From an uncultured Actinomycetes bacterium (GTDB lineage Bacteria > Actinomycetota > Thermoleophilia > UBA2241): a DNA stretch of 64,000 nucleotides. The stretch lies in NCBI GenBank assembly GCA_963709345.1, contig CAVPVX010000010.1, positions 64,001 through 128,000 on the forward strand, written 5' to 3'. Below, piece by piece: positions 10,111 to 20,413 of this stretch. The stretch's first letter is position 1. The number at the start of each line of letters is the position of its first letter. The position numbers were made by a program, and so were the translations under genes. Under the pieces are notes generated by a model, which saw only the letters and a program-made list of their open reading frames with translations, had not been told where the DNA came from and made no database searches.

Positions 10111-12266
10111 GCGCCGCCGATCAGCCTCTGGACACCCCGGCCACCACGAACGCCGCGCTCGACGTGCGCGACCTGGAGGTCACCTTCCATCGGCGCGGCC
10201 GCAGGTTGCCCGTGCTCAAGGGCGTGACTCTTCGCATCGACCCCGGCGAAGCCTACGGTTTGGTGGGCGAATCGGGGTGTGGCAAGACGACCCTCGCCAT
10301 GGCGGCCATGCGCTACCTCGCCGCGAACGGCACGCTCGACGCCGGCTCGGTGATGGTCGACGGTCAGGACGTCAGCACGCTCTCCGAAGAGGCGCTCCGC
10401 AAGTGGCGTGGCGGCAAGGTCTCGATGGTGTACCAAGACCCGACGCAGGCGCTCAGTCCCGCGATGCGCATCGGCGATCAACTCGCTGAGGTGTATCGGT
10501 ACCACGAGAGCGTGGACAAGGCTGCGGCCATGGAGCGCGCCCGCGAGAGCCTGGAGCGCGTGGCGATTCCCGATCCGGTCGCCACCCTGCGCCGCTATCC
10601 GTTCGAGCTCTCCGGCGGCCAGCAGCAGCGCGTCGTCATCGCCATGGCTCTGTCGGTCAACCCGCGCCTGCTGATCCTCGACGAGCCCACGACCGGTCTG
10701 GACGCGACGGTGGAAGCAGAGATCCTCGATCTCATCGAGGAGCTTCGCGGGCGCATCAACGCTGCGATCCTGCTGATCACCCACAACCTCGGACTGGTGA
10801 GACGACTCTGCGAGCGTGTCGGCGTGCTCTACGCCGGACGGCTCGTGGAGGAGGGGCCGGCGCGGGACATCTTCACCGATCCGCGCCATCCGTACACGAT
10901 GGGCCTGCTTCGCTGCGTGCCGCGCTTCGGCATGAACAAGACCGACGCGGCGCTGGAGACGATCCCGGGGACGCTCCCGGCTCTGGGCGAGCCCCTGGAG
11001 GGCTGCGTCTACTCCGAGCGATGCCCCATGGCCAAGCCGGTGTGCGTGCGTCGCGAGCCCGACCTCTTCGCTTGGCCCGGGGATGCGGGCTCGAAGGGAG
11101 CCGCTGAGGCCGAGGCCATGCCGGCAGACCCCGCCGCCTACTCCCCCCATCACGCCAACCCGGTCGGTGAGGGAGCGCGCCACGCGCGCTGCTACTTCTC
11201 CGCTCACGTCGCAGACATGCCGCGCCTGACCCCGGTGCTCGCGACGAGCCTGGAGGCGAGGGGCGGGACCGAGGGCGATGTGCTCGAGATCGACGACGTC
11301 AGCCGGACCTTCAAGGATGGTCGCAAGCGGCTGACCGCAGTGCACGAGATCTCCCTCAGCCTGAAGCGCGGGGAGACCTTCGGGCTCGTCGGTGAATCGG
11401 GCAGCGGCAAGACTACGCTGGCGAAGTGCGTCACCGGACTCATCGCAGCCGACTCCGGGACGGTCACGTTCGAGGGCAAGGAGCTGCGCTCCACCGCTGG
11501 ACGCCGCTCGCAGGATGCTCTGCGCGCCATCCAGATGGTCTTCCAGAATCCGGACTCCACGCTGAACCCCGCCTGGAGCACGCGCGCGATCCTCACCCGT
11601 GCCGTGCGCAAGCTGGGCGGAGGCGCCTCCGTGCGCGCCAAGGTGGACAAGCTCTCGGCGGACGTGCGCGTGGAGCCGCGCTTCCTGCTGCAGAGGCCGA
11701 CCGACCTCTCGGGCGGCCAGAAGCAGCGCATCGCGATCGCTCGTGCCTTCGCCGGCGACCCGACTCTGGTCGTCTGCGACGAGCCGGCATCCGCACTCGA
11801 CGTCTCGGTACAGGCGAGCATCCTCAATCTGCTCGTCGAGTTGCAGACCAGGGACCGGGTCTCGTACGTCTTCATCAGCCACGACCTCGCTGTGGTGCGC
11901 TACATCTCCGACCGCATCGGCGTCATGTACCTCGCCGAACTCATCGAGGTCGGCTCCGCCGAGCAGGTCTTCAGCCCGCCGCACCACCCCTATACAGAGG
12001 CGCTGCTCTCTTCGATCCCGAAGCTCGACTTCGACATCGAGCAGCAGCGCATCCCGCTGCACGGCAGCATGCCGAGCCTGAGCGACCCGCCGACGGGCTG
12101 CCGCTTCCACACACGCTGCCATCGCAGCCTCGGCGACATCTGCGCGAACGAGGTTCCGCCGTTCCAAGAAGCCGCCGACGGGCACACCTACATGTGCCAC
12201 ATCCCGCCGGACGAACTGCTCGCGGCCCAAAGCGCCGAGCGCCCGGCGACCCCGGCCGAAGCCTAG
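10107..12266 (+). CDS. ABC transporter ATP-binding protein with two fused NBDs (DppD+DppF-like)
   Basis: Two Walker A motifs (GESGCGKT, GESGSGKT), two LSGGQ signatures, Cys-rich C-terminal subdomains; ATGA overlap; ends in TAG. Confidence 0.92.
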   Translation: MSAADQPLDTPATTNAALDVRDLEVTFHRRGRRLPVLKGVTLRIDPGEAYGLVGESGCGKTTLAMAAMRYLAANGTLDAGSVMVDGQDVSTLSEEALRKWRGGKVSMVYQDPTQALSPAMRIGDQLAEVYRYHESVDKAAAMERARESLERVAIPDPVATLRRYPFELSGGQQQRVVIAMALSVNPRLLILDEPTTGLDATVEAEILDLIEELRGRINAAILLITHNLGLVRRLCERVGVLYAGRLVEEGPARDIFTDPRHPYTMGLLRCVPRFGMNKTDAALETIPGTLPALGEPLEGCVYSERCPMAKPVCVRREPDLFAWPGDAGSKGAAEAEAMPADPAAYSPHHANPVGEGARHARCYFSAHVADMPRLTPVLATSLEARGGTEGDVLEIDDVSRTFKDGRKRLTAVHEISLSLKRGETFGLVGESGSGKTTLAKCVTGLIAADSGTVTFEGKELRSTAGRRSQDALRAIQMVFQNPDSTLNPAWSTRAILTRAVRKLGGGASVRAKVDKLSADVRVEPRFLLQRPTDLSGGQKQRIAIARAFAGDPTLVVCDEPASALDVSVQASILNLLVELQTRDRVSYVFISHDLAVVRYISDRIGVMYLAELIEVGSAEQVFSPPHHPYTEALLSSIPKLDFDIEQQRIPLHGSMPSLSDPPTGCRFHTRCHRSLGDICANEVPPFQEAADGHTYMCHIPPDELLAAQSAERPATPAEA

Positions 12267-12281
12267 AGCGCGGCTTCGGCG

Positions 12282-13250
12282 TCAGCCGCGCCTTCGTGCG
12301 GCGGCCACGATCTCCGCGAGCTCTTCCACGACGCTCACCGCATCGTCCATCACGACGGCATCCGCGTTGCCTGCGATGGGGGCGGCTTCATCGTCGTTGA
12401 TGGCCACGATGAACCCCGCTCTCTCGATGCCCCAGAAGAAGGCTGGGGCGCCGTAAGCCCCGGCGGCGATGCAGAGCGCCGGGGCGGAGCGGGCGCCCGA
12501 GACGCCGATCAGCCGGTCCAGGGGGGCGAGGGCGCTCATGGCGACCGGCCGGGTGATGCCGAAGTCGGCGCCCATGCGTCGTGCAGCCCTCTCAACCCGC
12601 TTCACGCCCTCGCGAGTGCCCACTCCGTTGCCGGCGACGACCAGGAAGCGGCTCTCCGCCAGGTCGGAGGTGGCGGGAGGCTCCAGGAGTTCGACGTCGT
12701 CGAAGGCCGCGTCGCCGGCTCCGGCCGACTCATCGGTGTCGGCGACGACGCGGTGCTCGGCGGGCGGCTCCCAGCCTGCGTCGTCCCACGAAGCGTCTAT
12801 GGTCACGCACGAGAGGCGGCCGGAGAGATCGAAGCGGCCGAGCATGTGCGCCGAGTACACATTCCGGCGGCACACGAGGCGGTCCGGTGCGATCTCGATC
12901 GAGAGCGCTTGTGTCAGGATTGCGCCCCCGTTGCGGGCCGCAAGGCGGGCCGCGAGCTCCGCCCCGCCGCCATCCCCGGGGAAGAGGACGAGCCCGGCGT
13001 CCGTGCCCTGAGCTGCGGCGCTGAGGCTCTCGACGAGGCGGTCGGGTCGTTGGACGGGCACCCGGACAAGCCGAACGTCGCGCGTTGGGGCCAGTTCCAC
13101 GAGCCCGTCGCGGTCGCACTGGTCGTGGTAGAAGACCAGGGTCTCTCCGCAGAAGGCGCCGGTCATTCCGCCGCTCAGGAAGCCGCCGAGAGCGCGCGCT
13201 CGGCGCTCTGCGGCGCCTGTGGCGCCGTCCAGCACCGCCACGACTCTCAC
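12282..13250 (-). CDS. Electron transfer flavoprotein alpha subunit (YgcQ/FixB-like)
   Basis: GITRPV, IGVSG, IVAINDDEAAPI; GTGA overlap with the beta-subunit stop. Confidence 0.8.
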   Translation of the reverse strand: MRVVAVLDGATGAAERRARALGGFLSGGMTGAFCGETLVFYHDQCDRDGLVELAPTRDVRLVRVPVQRPDRLVESLSAAAQGTDAGLVLFPGDGGGAELAARLAARNGGAILTQALSIEIAPDRLVCRRNVYSAHMLGRFDLSGRLSCVTIDASWDDAGWEPPAEHRVVADTDESAGAGDAAFDDVELLEPPATSDLAESRFLVVAGNGVGTREGVKRVERAARRMGADFGITRPVAMSALAPLDRLIGVSGARSAPALCIAAGAYGAPAFFWGIERAGFIVAINDDEAAPIAGNADAVVMDDAVSVVEELAEIVAAARRRG

Positions 13251-14074
13251 AGCTTCTCCAGCACGGGCCTGAGGTGTTCGTCGTAGAGCGACTGCGCCTT
13301 TTCGCGCGGTGTCGCGCCGCCGACGACGACGCCGGGGCGCGAGCGGTCGATCATCTCGAGACTCGTCGGTCCCGTCTCGCGCAGGAGCTCGGCCGTGACG
13401 TCCACGTCCAGAGCGACCGCGGCCAAGACGTCGACGGGTCTGTCGCGACAGGCGAGCCTTTGAGTCAGCGTCGGCACGCGAAGGTGCGAGACGGTCGCGT
13501 TGCCCACGGCCAGAACGCACGGGAGCCGGAGCGTCGCGCGCATGAGCCCGTCGTCCGTGACGCAGACCGCGCGCACGCGTCCGTTCGGCAGGGCCTCGAG
13601 GTCGGTCACCTGCGGTAGACACGGCCAGCCGAGTCTCTCAGCCACGAGGAACGGGACGATACCGCTGTCGCCCGGCCCGCTACGACAGCCGAGAAGCAGC
13701 AGGTCGCTCCGATCCACGTGCTTCGCGTAGGCGGCAATGAGCTCCGCAGTGACGCCGGGCGCGAAATCCAAACCGGCGCCTGCGTCCACGCGCGTGGTGC
13801 GCCGGAAGCCCAACGCCTGGAGGGTCTTCAGATAGCCGTCGACCACCGGGCCGCCGATGGACAGGGCTCCGAGATCTGCCGCCACGGCGTGGCTGTCGAG
13901 TGTCTCCGCCAGCCGCAGCGCGAGCTCCAGGGCGCTCTCGTCGAAGCAGTTGAGGATGCGGCGGACGTACCGGGTCTCCGGGCCGTCCGCCGCGTCCGCC
14001 GTCCAGTCCGCGGGGCGCAGAGCCTCGTAGTCGGGCGTGACCTTGAACGACACCAGAATGCGCATGGCGCTCAC
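13247..14074 (-). CDS. Electron transfer flavoprotein beta subunit (YgcR/FixA-like)
   Basis: RILVSFKVTPD, NCFDESALELAL, DSGIVPFLVAERLGWP. Confidence 0.8.
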   Translation of the reverse strand: MSAMRILVSFKVTPDYEALRPADWTADAADGPETRYVRRILNCFDESALELALRLAETLDSHAVAADLGALSIGGPVVDGYLKTLQALGFRRTTRVDAGAGLDFAPGVTAELIAAYAKHVDRSDLLLLGCRSGPGDSGIVPFLVAERLGWPCLPQVTDLEALPNGRVRAVCVTDDGLMRATLRLPCVLAVGNATVSHLRVPTLTQRLACRDRPVDVLAAVALDVDVTAELLRETGPTSLEMIDRSRPGVVVGGATPREKAQSLYDEHLRPVLEKL

Positions 14075-15513
14075 TTCGGGATGATCGTCCCCACGTTCAT
14101 GATGCCCTTTGGGTCAAAGGCCTTCTTCAGCGTCTCGAGGACGTAGTAGGAGGACCCGTATTCGTCCTTGACCCACGGCGCCCGCGCCTTGCCGATGCCA
14201 TGGTGGTGGACGATCGACCCGCCGCGCTTGAGCGTCTCCTCGCAGATGATGCCGATTATCGGCAGGTAGTACTTGTCGGTCTCCTCCTCCGGGCCGACGC
14301 CGACCACGTTGAAGAAGTAGTTGAAGTACATGTTGGTGCCGTTGATGTAGCTGTGCGAGGAGTGGCCGCCCATCATCGTGATGTCGGAGATCTCGGCGAG
14401 GATGCGCGCCTTCGCCGTCTGGTAGATGTCGTTGATGGAGCTCCAGTCGGCGGAGATCTCGGTCGTGCGGTTGACGTTGCGCGTCTGGCGGATGCGCTCG
14501 TCCTCTGCGGTGATCTTGTCGGGACCCCAGCAGAGGTCGTTGAACCAGGTCTCGATGTAGGCGCTGTCGACCGGGGTGCACTCCGGGTGCTGCGCGACGA
14601 TCTCGGCGATGCCCTCGGCGGTCGCTTTCGCGATCCCCGCCGAGCCCTCGGCCATGAAGAGAAGGACGCAGTCGTCTTCGGCGGCGAAGTGTGAGAAGTG
14701 GAGGCCGGCGTCGCCGGGGTCGTACACGCGCGCCACCGACGGTTTGTACCCGTTCACCATCACGTCACGAAGGACCTCGAAGCCGGTCTTCATGTCCTTG
14801 AGCGTCCAACCCAGGAACGCGTTGTTCTCAGGGTAGTACGGGAAGAGCTTGACCGTCACTTCGGTGATGAAGCAGAGGGCGCCCTCGTTGCCGATGACGA
14901 CGTGGCGGATGTCGGGGCCGGCGGCTCGCCGCGGGACGTTCTTGATCCGCGTCACCTGGCCGCCGGGGAAGACCGCCTCGAGGCCGACGACCATGTCCTC
15001 GATGCCGCCGTACAGCGTCGAGAACTGGCCGATGCTACGGGTGGCGACGAGCCCGCCCATGTGGGCGACGGGCTTGGACTGGGGAGAGTGTCCGGTCGTG
15101 AGGCCCTGCTCGCGGGCGAGGTCCTCCAGCACCTGCAGGGGCACGCCGCACTGCGCGGTCGCCTGCATGTTGTAGGCGTCGATGCTCACGACCTTGTTCA
15201 TGGCCGACCCGTCGATGATGACGGAGTCCGCGACCGCGCTCTCGAGGCCGCCTTCGGTCGCCGTGGCTCCGGTGCGCGGGATGACGTTCACGAGGTGTTC
15301 GTCGGCGAAGCGCAGGATCTCAGCCACCTGCTGCGTGTCCTTCGGCAGGACGACGGCGGCCGGCACCGGCATGGTGTGTACGTCGAAGATGTTCTGCAGC
15401 TTGCGGAAGTTGTCGACGCTGCTCTCGACGAGCACCTTCTCGTCGGTGACCACGGCGTCCTGTCCCACGATGCCGCGCAGGCCCTCGACGATGGCCTCTC
15501 TGCTCAGTGACAT
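14071..15513 (-). CDS. ygcU: FAD-binding oxidoreductase, YgcU / alkyl-DHAP synthase-like (VAO family)
   Basis: MSLSREAIV start, TTGHSPQS, GQFSTLYGGIED, HHHGIGK, FDPKGIMN. Confidence 0.8.
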   Translation of the reverse strand: MSLSREAIVEGLRGIVGQDAVVTDEKVLVESSVDNFRKLQNIFDVHTMPVPAAVVLPKDTQQVAEILRFADEHLVNVIPRTGATATEGGLESAVADSVIIDGSAMNKVVSIDAYNMQATAQCGVPLQVLEDLAREQGLTTGHSPQSKPVAHMGGLVATRSIGQFSTLYGGIEDMVVGLEAVFPGGQVTRIKNVPRRAAGPDIRHVVIGNEGALCFITEVTVKLFPYYPENNAFLGWTLKDMKTGFEVLRDVMVNGYKPSVARVYDPGDAGLHFSHFAAEDDCVLLFMAEGSAGIAKATAEGIAEIVAQHPECTPVDSAYIETWFNDLCWGPDKITAEDERIRQTRNVNRTTEISADWSSINDIYQTAKARILAEISDITMMGGHSSHSYINGTNMYFNYFFNVVGVGPEEETDKYYLPIIGIICEETLKRGGSIVHHHGIGKARAPWVKDEYGSSYYVLETLKKAFDPKGIMNVGTIIPK

Positions 15514-15550
15514 GTCGTGTTCCTTTGCGTTCCGGTGGGTGGTCTCTGCC

Positions 15551-16981
15551 TCATTGGAAGATGGTGAAGGACTGTTCGAGGATCGGGTCGGTGGCATCGT
15601 GGATGGCTCGGTACGCGGTCTCGTTCATGCGCCGGTAGATGTCGTGGTTCTCGAGGTCCGGGAGGAACGTCTCGCGCTCGCGCCGCATTGCCGCGGCGGC
15701 GGTCACGAAGTCGGGGTACACGCCCGTGCCGACGGCGGCGCACATCGCCGACCCCAGGCTTGCGCCGCTGCCCCCCCGGTTGCGCGAGGCCGGCACGCCG
15801 AACACGTCGGTGAAGATGCGTAGGAACAGGGGGCTCCTGGACCCGCCGCCGGAGATGACGATCTCCCGAAGGTCGATGTCGAGTTCCGTGCACATGGCAT
15901 CGACGTTGGCCTTCATCGTCAGCGCGATCGCTTCGAGGATGGAGCGGTAGACGTGTCCTCTGGTGTGCCGGGCGTCGAAGCCGATGATCTCGCCCTTGCG
16001 GAAGGGCTTGTGGGTGGGGGCGAGCCAGTCGAGGACGGTCATGAGGCCGTCGCTGCCCGCGCGAACCTGCTCTGCCTCGGGCTCAAGGTACTCCTCGCGC
16101 GAGGTCTCCAGGGTGGCCGCCGCGGCGGCGAACTCGGGCCCGAGCAGGTCGAGGAACCAGCTGAGGGTCCACATGCCGCGGCGAATGCCCCCGCTTTCGT
16201 AGAGGTATCGGTTCGGGACGCAGGCGAAGTTGGTCCAGAACTCCGTTGCCGTCTGCCGGTTCTCGCGCCCGTGGACCATCGAGGCGATGTAGGTACCCAG
16301 TGAGATGAGCGCCGTGCGCTCGTCCAGGGAGCCGGAGCCGAGCGCCTCGACCGCCTTATCGTTGGCCGTGGTCACGACCGGCAGGCCCTCCGGGATGCCG
16401 GTCGCCGCCGCCGCTTCCGCGGTCACGCAGCCGGCGACGTCTCCGGGCATCTGCAACTCCACCAGCAACTCCGGGCGTAGGTTGAACTCGTCGAACAGCG
16501 CCGGGTCCCACTGCCACGTGTCCGTGTCGATCGGCCACTGCAGGATGATGTTGTTGGCGGCACTGTCGCGGAACTCCCCGGTGAAGCGGTGCGTCATGTA
16601 ACCGGACGAGGTGGTCGCGTAGGCGAGCTCGGGGTCGTCCGGGAGGTAGGGCTGGTACGCGCGCGTGTCCATCCAGCTCATGACCGGCTCGAGGAGCGAA
16701 CCGTCTGCCTTGAGGAAGGTCTTGCAGCAGCGGATCGTGCAGAGGCCGACGCCGAGGATGTCGTCGGGGTCGCCCTGGAACATCGTCATCACCTCGCGAC
16801 TCGCCGCGACGATCGACTCCCAGAGGTCGTCGTCGGGATGGATGACGTACCCCGGCAGGGGGCGCTCCATCGGACGGAGCTCCCGTCTGGCCTCACAGAC
16901 GACGTTGCCTGCGAGGTCGTAGATGACGACCTTGGCGCTCTGCGTGCCGTTGTCGATGCCGATCAGGTACTTGCCCGCCAT
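15551..16981 (-). CDS. FGGY carbohydrate kinase (YgcE-like)
   Basis: YLIGIDNGTQSAK, ISLGT, YRSILEAIA, SGGGSRS. Confidence 0.85.
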   Translation of the reverse strand: MAGKYLIGIDNGTQSAKVVIYDLAGNVVCEARRELRPMERPLPGYVIHPDDDLWESIVAASREVMTMFQGDPDDILGVGLCTIRCCKTFLKADGSLLEPVMSWMDTRAYQPYLPDDPELAYATTSSGYMTHRFTGEFRDSAANNIILQWPIDTDTWQWDPALFDEFNLRPELLVELQMPGDVAGCVTAEAAAATGIPEGLPVVTTANDKAVEALGSGSLDERTALISLGTYIASMVHGRENRQTATEFWTNFACVPNRYLYESGGIRRGMWTLSWFLDLLGPEFAAAAATLETSREEYLEPEAEQVRAGSDGLMTVLDWLAPTHKPFRKGEIIGFDARHTRGHVYRSILEAIALTMKANVDAMCTELDIDLREIVISGGGSRSPLFLRIFTDVFGVPASRNRGGSGASLGSAMCAAVGTGVYPDFVTAAAAMRRERETFLPDLENHDIYRRMNETAYRAIHDATDPILEQSFTIFQ

Positions 16982-17005
16982 CAGGTCGCTCCCGTCCCCA
17001 GCGTC

Positions 17006-17782
17006 CTAGCGGACGAGGTAGCCGCCGTCGACGACCAGGACGTGGCCGTTGACGTAGTCGGATGCGCGGCTGGCCAGAAAGACGGCCGCGCCCATCAGGT
17101 CCGCGGGGTCGCCCCAGCGATCGGCCGGGATGTGGTCGAGAACGCGCTTGTTGGTCTCCGGGTCACTCCGGGTCTGGGTGGTGATCTCGGTCGCGAAGTA
17201 CCCCGGGGCGATGCCGTTGACCTGGACGTTGTACTGGGCGAGCTCGTCGCAGTAGGCCTTGGTGAAGCCGGCCAGGCCGTGCTTGGTGGCGGCGTAGGCC
17301 GACGACCACTGGCCGCCGAGAAAGGAGAAGAGCGAGCAGACGTTGACGATCTTGCCGCTCCGCTGGGGGATCATGACCTTGGCGGCCTCGTGGGCCATCT
17401 CGAAGGCGGCGGTGAGGTTCACGGCCACGGTCGCGTCCCACTGCGGCCGGCCGAAGTCGATGACGCTCGCGAGCGGGCAGATACCGGCGCTGTTGACGAG
17501 GATGTCGAGTGAGCCGAACCGCTCGACACAGGTGTCGACGATGCCCTTCGGCGCGCCGGGCTCAGTGATGTCGACCTGCGCGAACTCGTACCCGACGCTC
17601 TCCGCCTCGATGAGCTCTCGCGTCGCGCCGTCGTCGTCCACGATGCTGGGCGCGAAGACGTTGGCCCCGCCTTTGGCCAGCGCGAGGGCGAACGCCTGGC
17701 CGAGACCTGTGTTGCCGCCGGTCACGACGGCGTTCTTGCCCTCCAGGGAGAAGAACCCCATCGCGAAGTCGCTGATGTCCAT
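17006..17782 (-). CDS. SDR oxidoreductase (YgcW/KduD-like)
   Basis: TGGNTGLG, NSAG, catalytic YAATK, VDGG; ends in TAG. Confidence 0.88.
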   Translation of the reverse strand: MDISDFAMGFFSLEGKNAVVTGGNTGLGQAFALALAKGGANVFAPSIVDDDGATRELIEAESVGYEFAQVDITEPGAPKGIVDTCVERFGSLDILVNSAGICPLASVIDFGRPQWDATVAVNLTAAFEMAHEAAKVMIPQRSGKIVNVCSLFSFLGGQWSSAYAATKHGLAGFTKAYCDELAQYNVQVNGIAPGYFATEITTQTRSDPETNKRVLDHIPADRWGDPADLMGAAVFLASRASDYVNGHVLVVDGGYLVR

Positions 17783-17995
17783 GGACGCTGTCTCCTTTGT
17801 GCCGGACCGGGCGCCGGGCGGGACCCGGTCCGCTAGATGCTGCAGGTGCAGGTGTACGGGCGCGCACGCATGAGGCGATGCGCATCTTGGCGCGCTGAGA
17901 CCAGAGTATTCGGCCGGATGTTCAGTAAGTCAACCACGCAGGCGAACATTCTGCCGTTCGGCGCTCCGTCCACCAAATCCGGGCCGGAGCGCGCG

Positions 17996-18916
17996 TCACT
18001 CAGGCTCCAGCTCGTCCGGGAAGCCGGGGGCGCGCAGGTCGGTGCCGACAGCCTCCTCGAGCATCTTGACCACCATGGGGGACTGCGCGCCGCCGCCGTA
18101 CACGGCGCGGGCGCGGGCGAAGATCTGCTCGGTGAGCCCCGCGAGCTCTAGAGGCACGCCGAACTCGCGGCCCATCTGGTGCGCGAAGTACAGGTCCTTG
18201 CGCGCCAGGTCCATCGTGAAGTTGATGTTGTAGCTGCCGTTCAGGATGAGCTGGCCCTCGGTCTCGTGCACGAAGCTGTTGCCCGAGCTGGCCTTGATGA
18301 CGTCCCAGGCCAGCTTGAGATCGACGCCGCCGCGCTTGGCCAGCATCAGCGCTTCGCCGTCGGCGACGAGATGGATGAAGGCCAGCATGTTGGTGATCAC
18401 CTTGATCACCGAGGCCTGGCCCAGCTCGCCGATGTAGAAGACCCTGCCCCCCATGGTCTCGAACACGGGCAGGTGCTTCTGGAATACCGCCTCGTCGCCG
18501 CCGACGAGGACGGTGATCATGCCGCAGGCAGCGCGGTGGACGCCGCCGGTCACCGGCGATTCGAGCGTCGCGATCCCCTTCTCCGCGGCCAGGGCGGCGA
18601 GACGCTGCAGTTCGTGCAGGTCATTGGTGCTCATGTCGATCCAGGTACCACCGGGGGCGAGGTTCTCGATGACGCCGCCCTCGCCGGCGACCACGTCGGT
18701 GACGACCTCCGGCGAGGGCAGACAGGTGATGACGGTGTCCGACGCGCGCGCCGTCTCCGCGACGGTGTCGGCGCAGGTTGCGCCCGCTTTGCCCAGGTCG
18801 ACGGCGCAACTCGCGTCAACGTCGTACACGGTGACCGGGAAGCCGTCGCGCAGCAGGCAGCCGGCGAGTTGCCGGCCGAGGGCTCCGAGCCCGATGTAGC
18901 CGATCCTCATGGTCAT
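17996..18916 (-). CDS. NAD(P)-dependent oxidoreductase, 3-hydroxyisobutyrate dehydrogenase family
   Basis: GYIGLGALG, DMST, ESPVTGG, KVITN, KDL. Confidence 0.88.
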   Translation of the reverse strand: MTMRIGYIGLGALGRQLAGCLLRDGFPVTVYDVDASCAVDLGKAGATCADTVAETARASDTVITCLPSPEVVTDVVAGEGGVIENLAPGGTWIDMSTNDLHELQRLAALAAEKGIATLESPVTGGVHRAACGMITVLVGGDEAVFQKHLPVFETMGGRVFYIGELGQASVIKVITNMLAFIHLVADGEALMLAKRGGVDLKLAWDVIKASSGNSFVHETEGQLILNGSYNINFTMDLARKDLYFAHQMGREFGVPLELAGLTEQIFARARAVYGGGAQSPMVVKMLEEAVGTDLRAPGFPDELEPE

Positions 18917-18961
18917 GCTGCCTCCGATGGCCGGTGTGGAAGTGCTGTGGAGTCCGTTCGG

Positions 18962-20413
18962 CTAGCCGCGCCGCGCGTGAGCGACGGCCTCGCCGTCCAC
19001 GCGGCACGCGGTCGCCAGCGCGTCCAGCCGGTCACTGCCGAGGTAGGGCTCGCTCGTGGCGCGCTCGGACAGGATGAGGTCGATCTTCTCGCACGCCGTG
19101 TCGAGCTCCGTCGTGCCTTCCTCGATCCATCTGTCGTAGGACAGCCGGTTCGAGACGGACGGCAGGTAGTGCTCGCCGGCGCGGATGCGCCGCGCCGTGT
19201 CCTTCTGGCCGAGGAAGCTCCCGCCCGGGCCGGCCGTGGCGATGGAGTCGCCCGCCAGCGTGGCCGGGGAGACCTCCACCGGGGCCATGAGACGCCGCAC
19301 CATGGCCGCGATCTCGTTGTCGATCACCGACTGCGGCAGGTACATGGTGTTGTGCGAGTCGATGAGGCCCCAGCCCGAGACGATGTCGGGGCCGGCGCTG
19401 CAGACGGTCGCCGTCTTCAGCGCCTTCTCGTAGCCGTTCTGGATCCCCGCGTGCTTGGCGTCGGTCGACAACCCGGGATTAAGCGTGGGGACGCCGAGGT
19501 AGTGCCCCACCTCGGTGGCCATGACGCCCATCAGGGCGCTCTCGACACATCCCAAGGAGAAGGTGGTGCGCAGCATGTCGAGCACGCCTGAACCGAAGCA
19601 GAAGACGAGTCTGGCTCCGGGCGCCGCGACCTGCAGCGCCGTGGCGATGCCGAGGAACTCGGCGAGACCCTGGGCGACGGTGCCCGCCAGCGTCACCGGC
19701 GACGTGGCGCCGGCGATCGTCATCGAGTACACCTCGATCGGTACGCCGTGGCCGGCCAGAGCGATGTGGATGTCGAGCGCCGCGCCGTCCACCTGGAGCG
19801 GCGAGGCGGCGGTGACGACGGTGGAGATGCGCGGGCGCTGCCGGAACCGCTCCAGGTCGCCGCCGAGCACCTTGCAGATCTCAAGGACCGCGTCGACCTC
19901 GTGCGGGCAGTCGACGAAGGTCACGTGCTTCCTGGTCTCGGTGAGCAGCGTGAAGTACTCGGTGAGCTCGCGCTGCTCCAGCGGGACGTCCGACGCGCTC
20001 ACCTGCGTCCACATGAGGTCGAGCTCTGAGAGCTCGTCGAGCACGGCGGTGGACTCGCGCACGTCCTGCAGCGTGCTGGCCCGGCGCATCCCTGTGCGGT
20101 GGTCCAGGGTCTTGGCGACGCAGCCGCTGGGCGCGAAGTGGAAGGGCTCGTGCTCACCGAGGACCACGTCGTCGGCCTCGGTGAGGCCGGCCATGAGGAC
20201 GGTGCGCGGGCACTGCCCGAGGGCCCACTCCACGAGCTCCCGGGGCAGGCGCGCGAGGCCTGTGGCCTCGTCCACGCGCGCGCCGCGCTCCTCGAGCCGG
20301 GGGAGTACGCGCGAGCCGTAGAAGCGCATGCCCACGTTGGCGAGAAGGTCCATCGCCTGGTCGGCGATGAGGCTCTTCTCGCCGTCGCTGAGCCGACTCG
20401 TGTTCGCCGTCAT
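18962..20413 (-). CDS. MttB-superfamily methyltransferase, non-pyrrolysine type
   Basis: SPL, AGATSPVTLAG, GLSTDAK (Ser at the Pyl-equivalent site), GPGGSFL; ends in TAG. Confidence 0.85.
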   Translation of the reverse strand: MTANTSRLSDGEKSLIADQAMDLLANVGMRFYGSRVLPRLEERGARVDEATGLARLPRELVEWALGQCPRTVLMAGLTEADDVVLGEHEPFHFAPSGCVAKTLDHRTGMRRASTLQDVRESTAVLDELSELDLMWTQVSASDVPLEQRELTEYFTLLTETRKHVTFVDCPHEVDAVLEICKVLGGDLERFRQRPRISTVVTAASPLQVDGAALDIHIALAGHGVPIEVYSMTIAGATSPVTLAGTVAQGLAEFLGIATALQVAAPGARLVFCFGSGVLDMLRTTFSLGCVESALMGVMATEVGHYLGVPTLNPGLSTDAKHAGIQNGYEKALKTATVCSAGPDIVSGWGLIDSHNTMYLPQSVIDNEIAAMVRRLMAPVEVSPATLAGDSIATAGPGGSFLGQKDTARRIRAGEHYLPSVSNRLSYDRWIEEGTTELDTACEKIDLILSERATSEPYLGSDRLDALATACRVDGEAVAHARRG

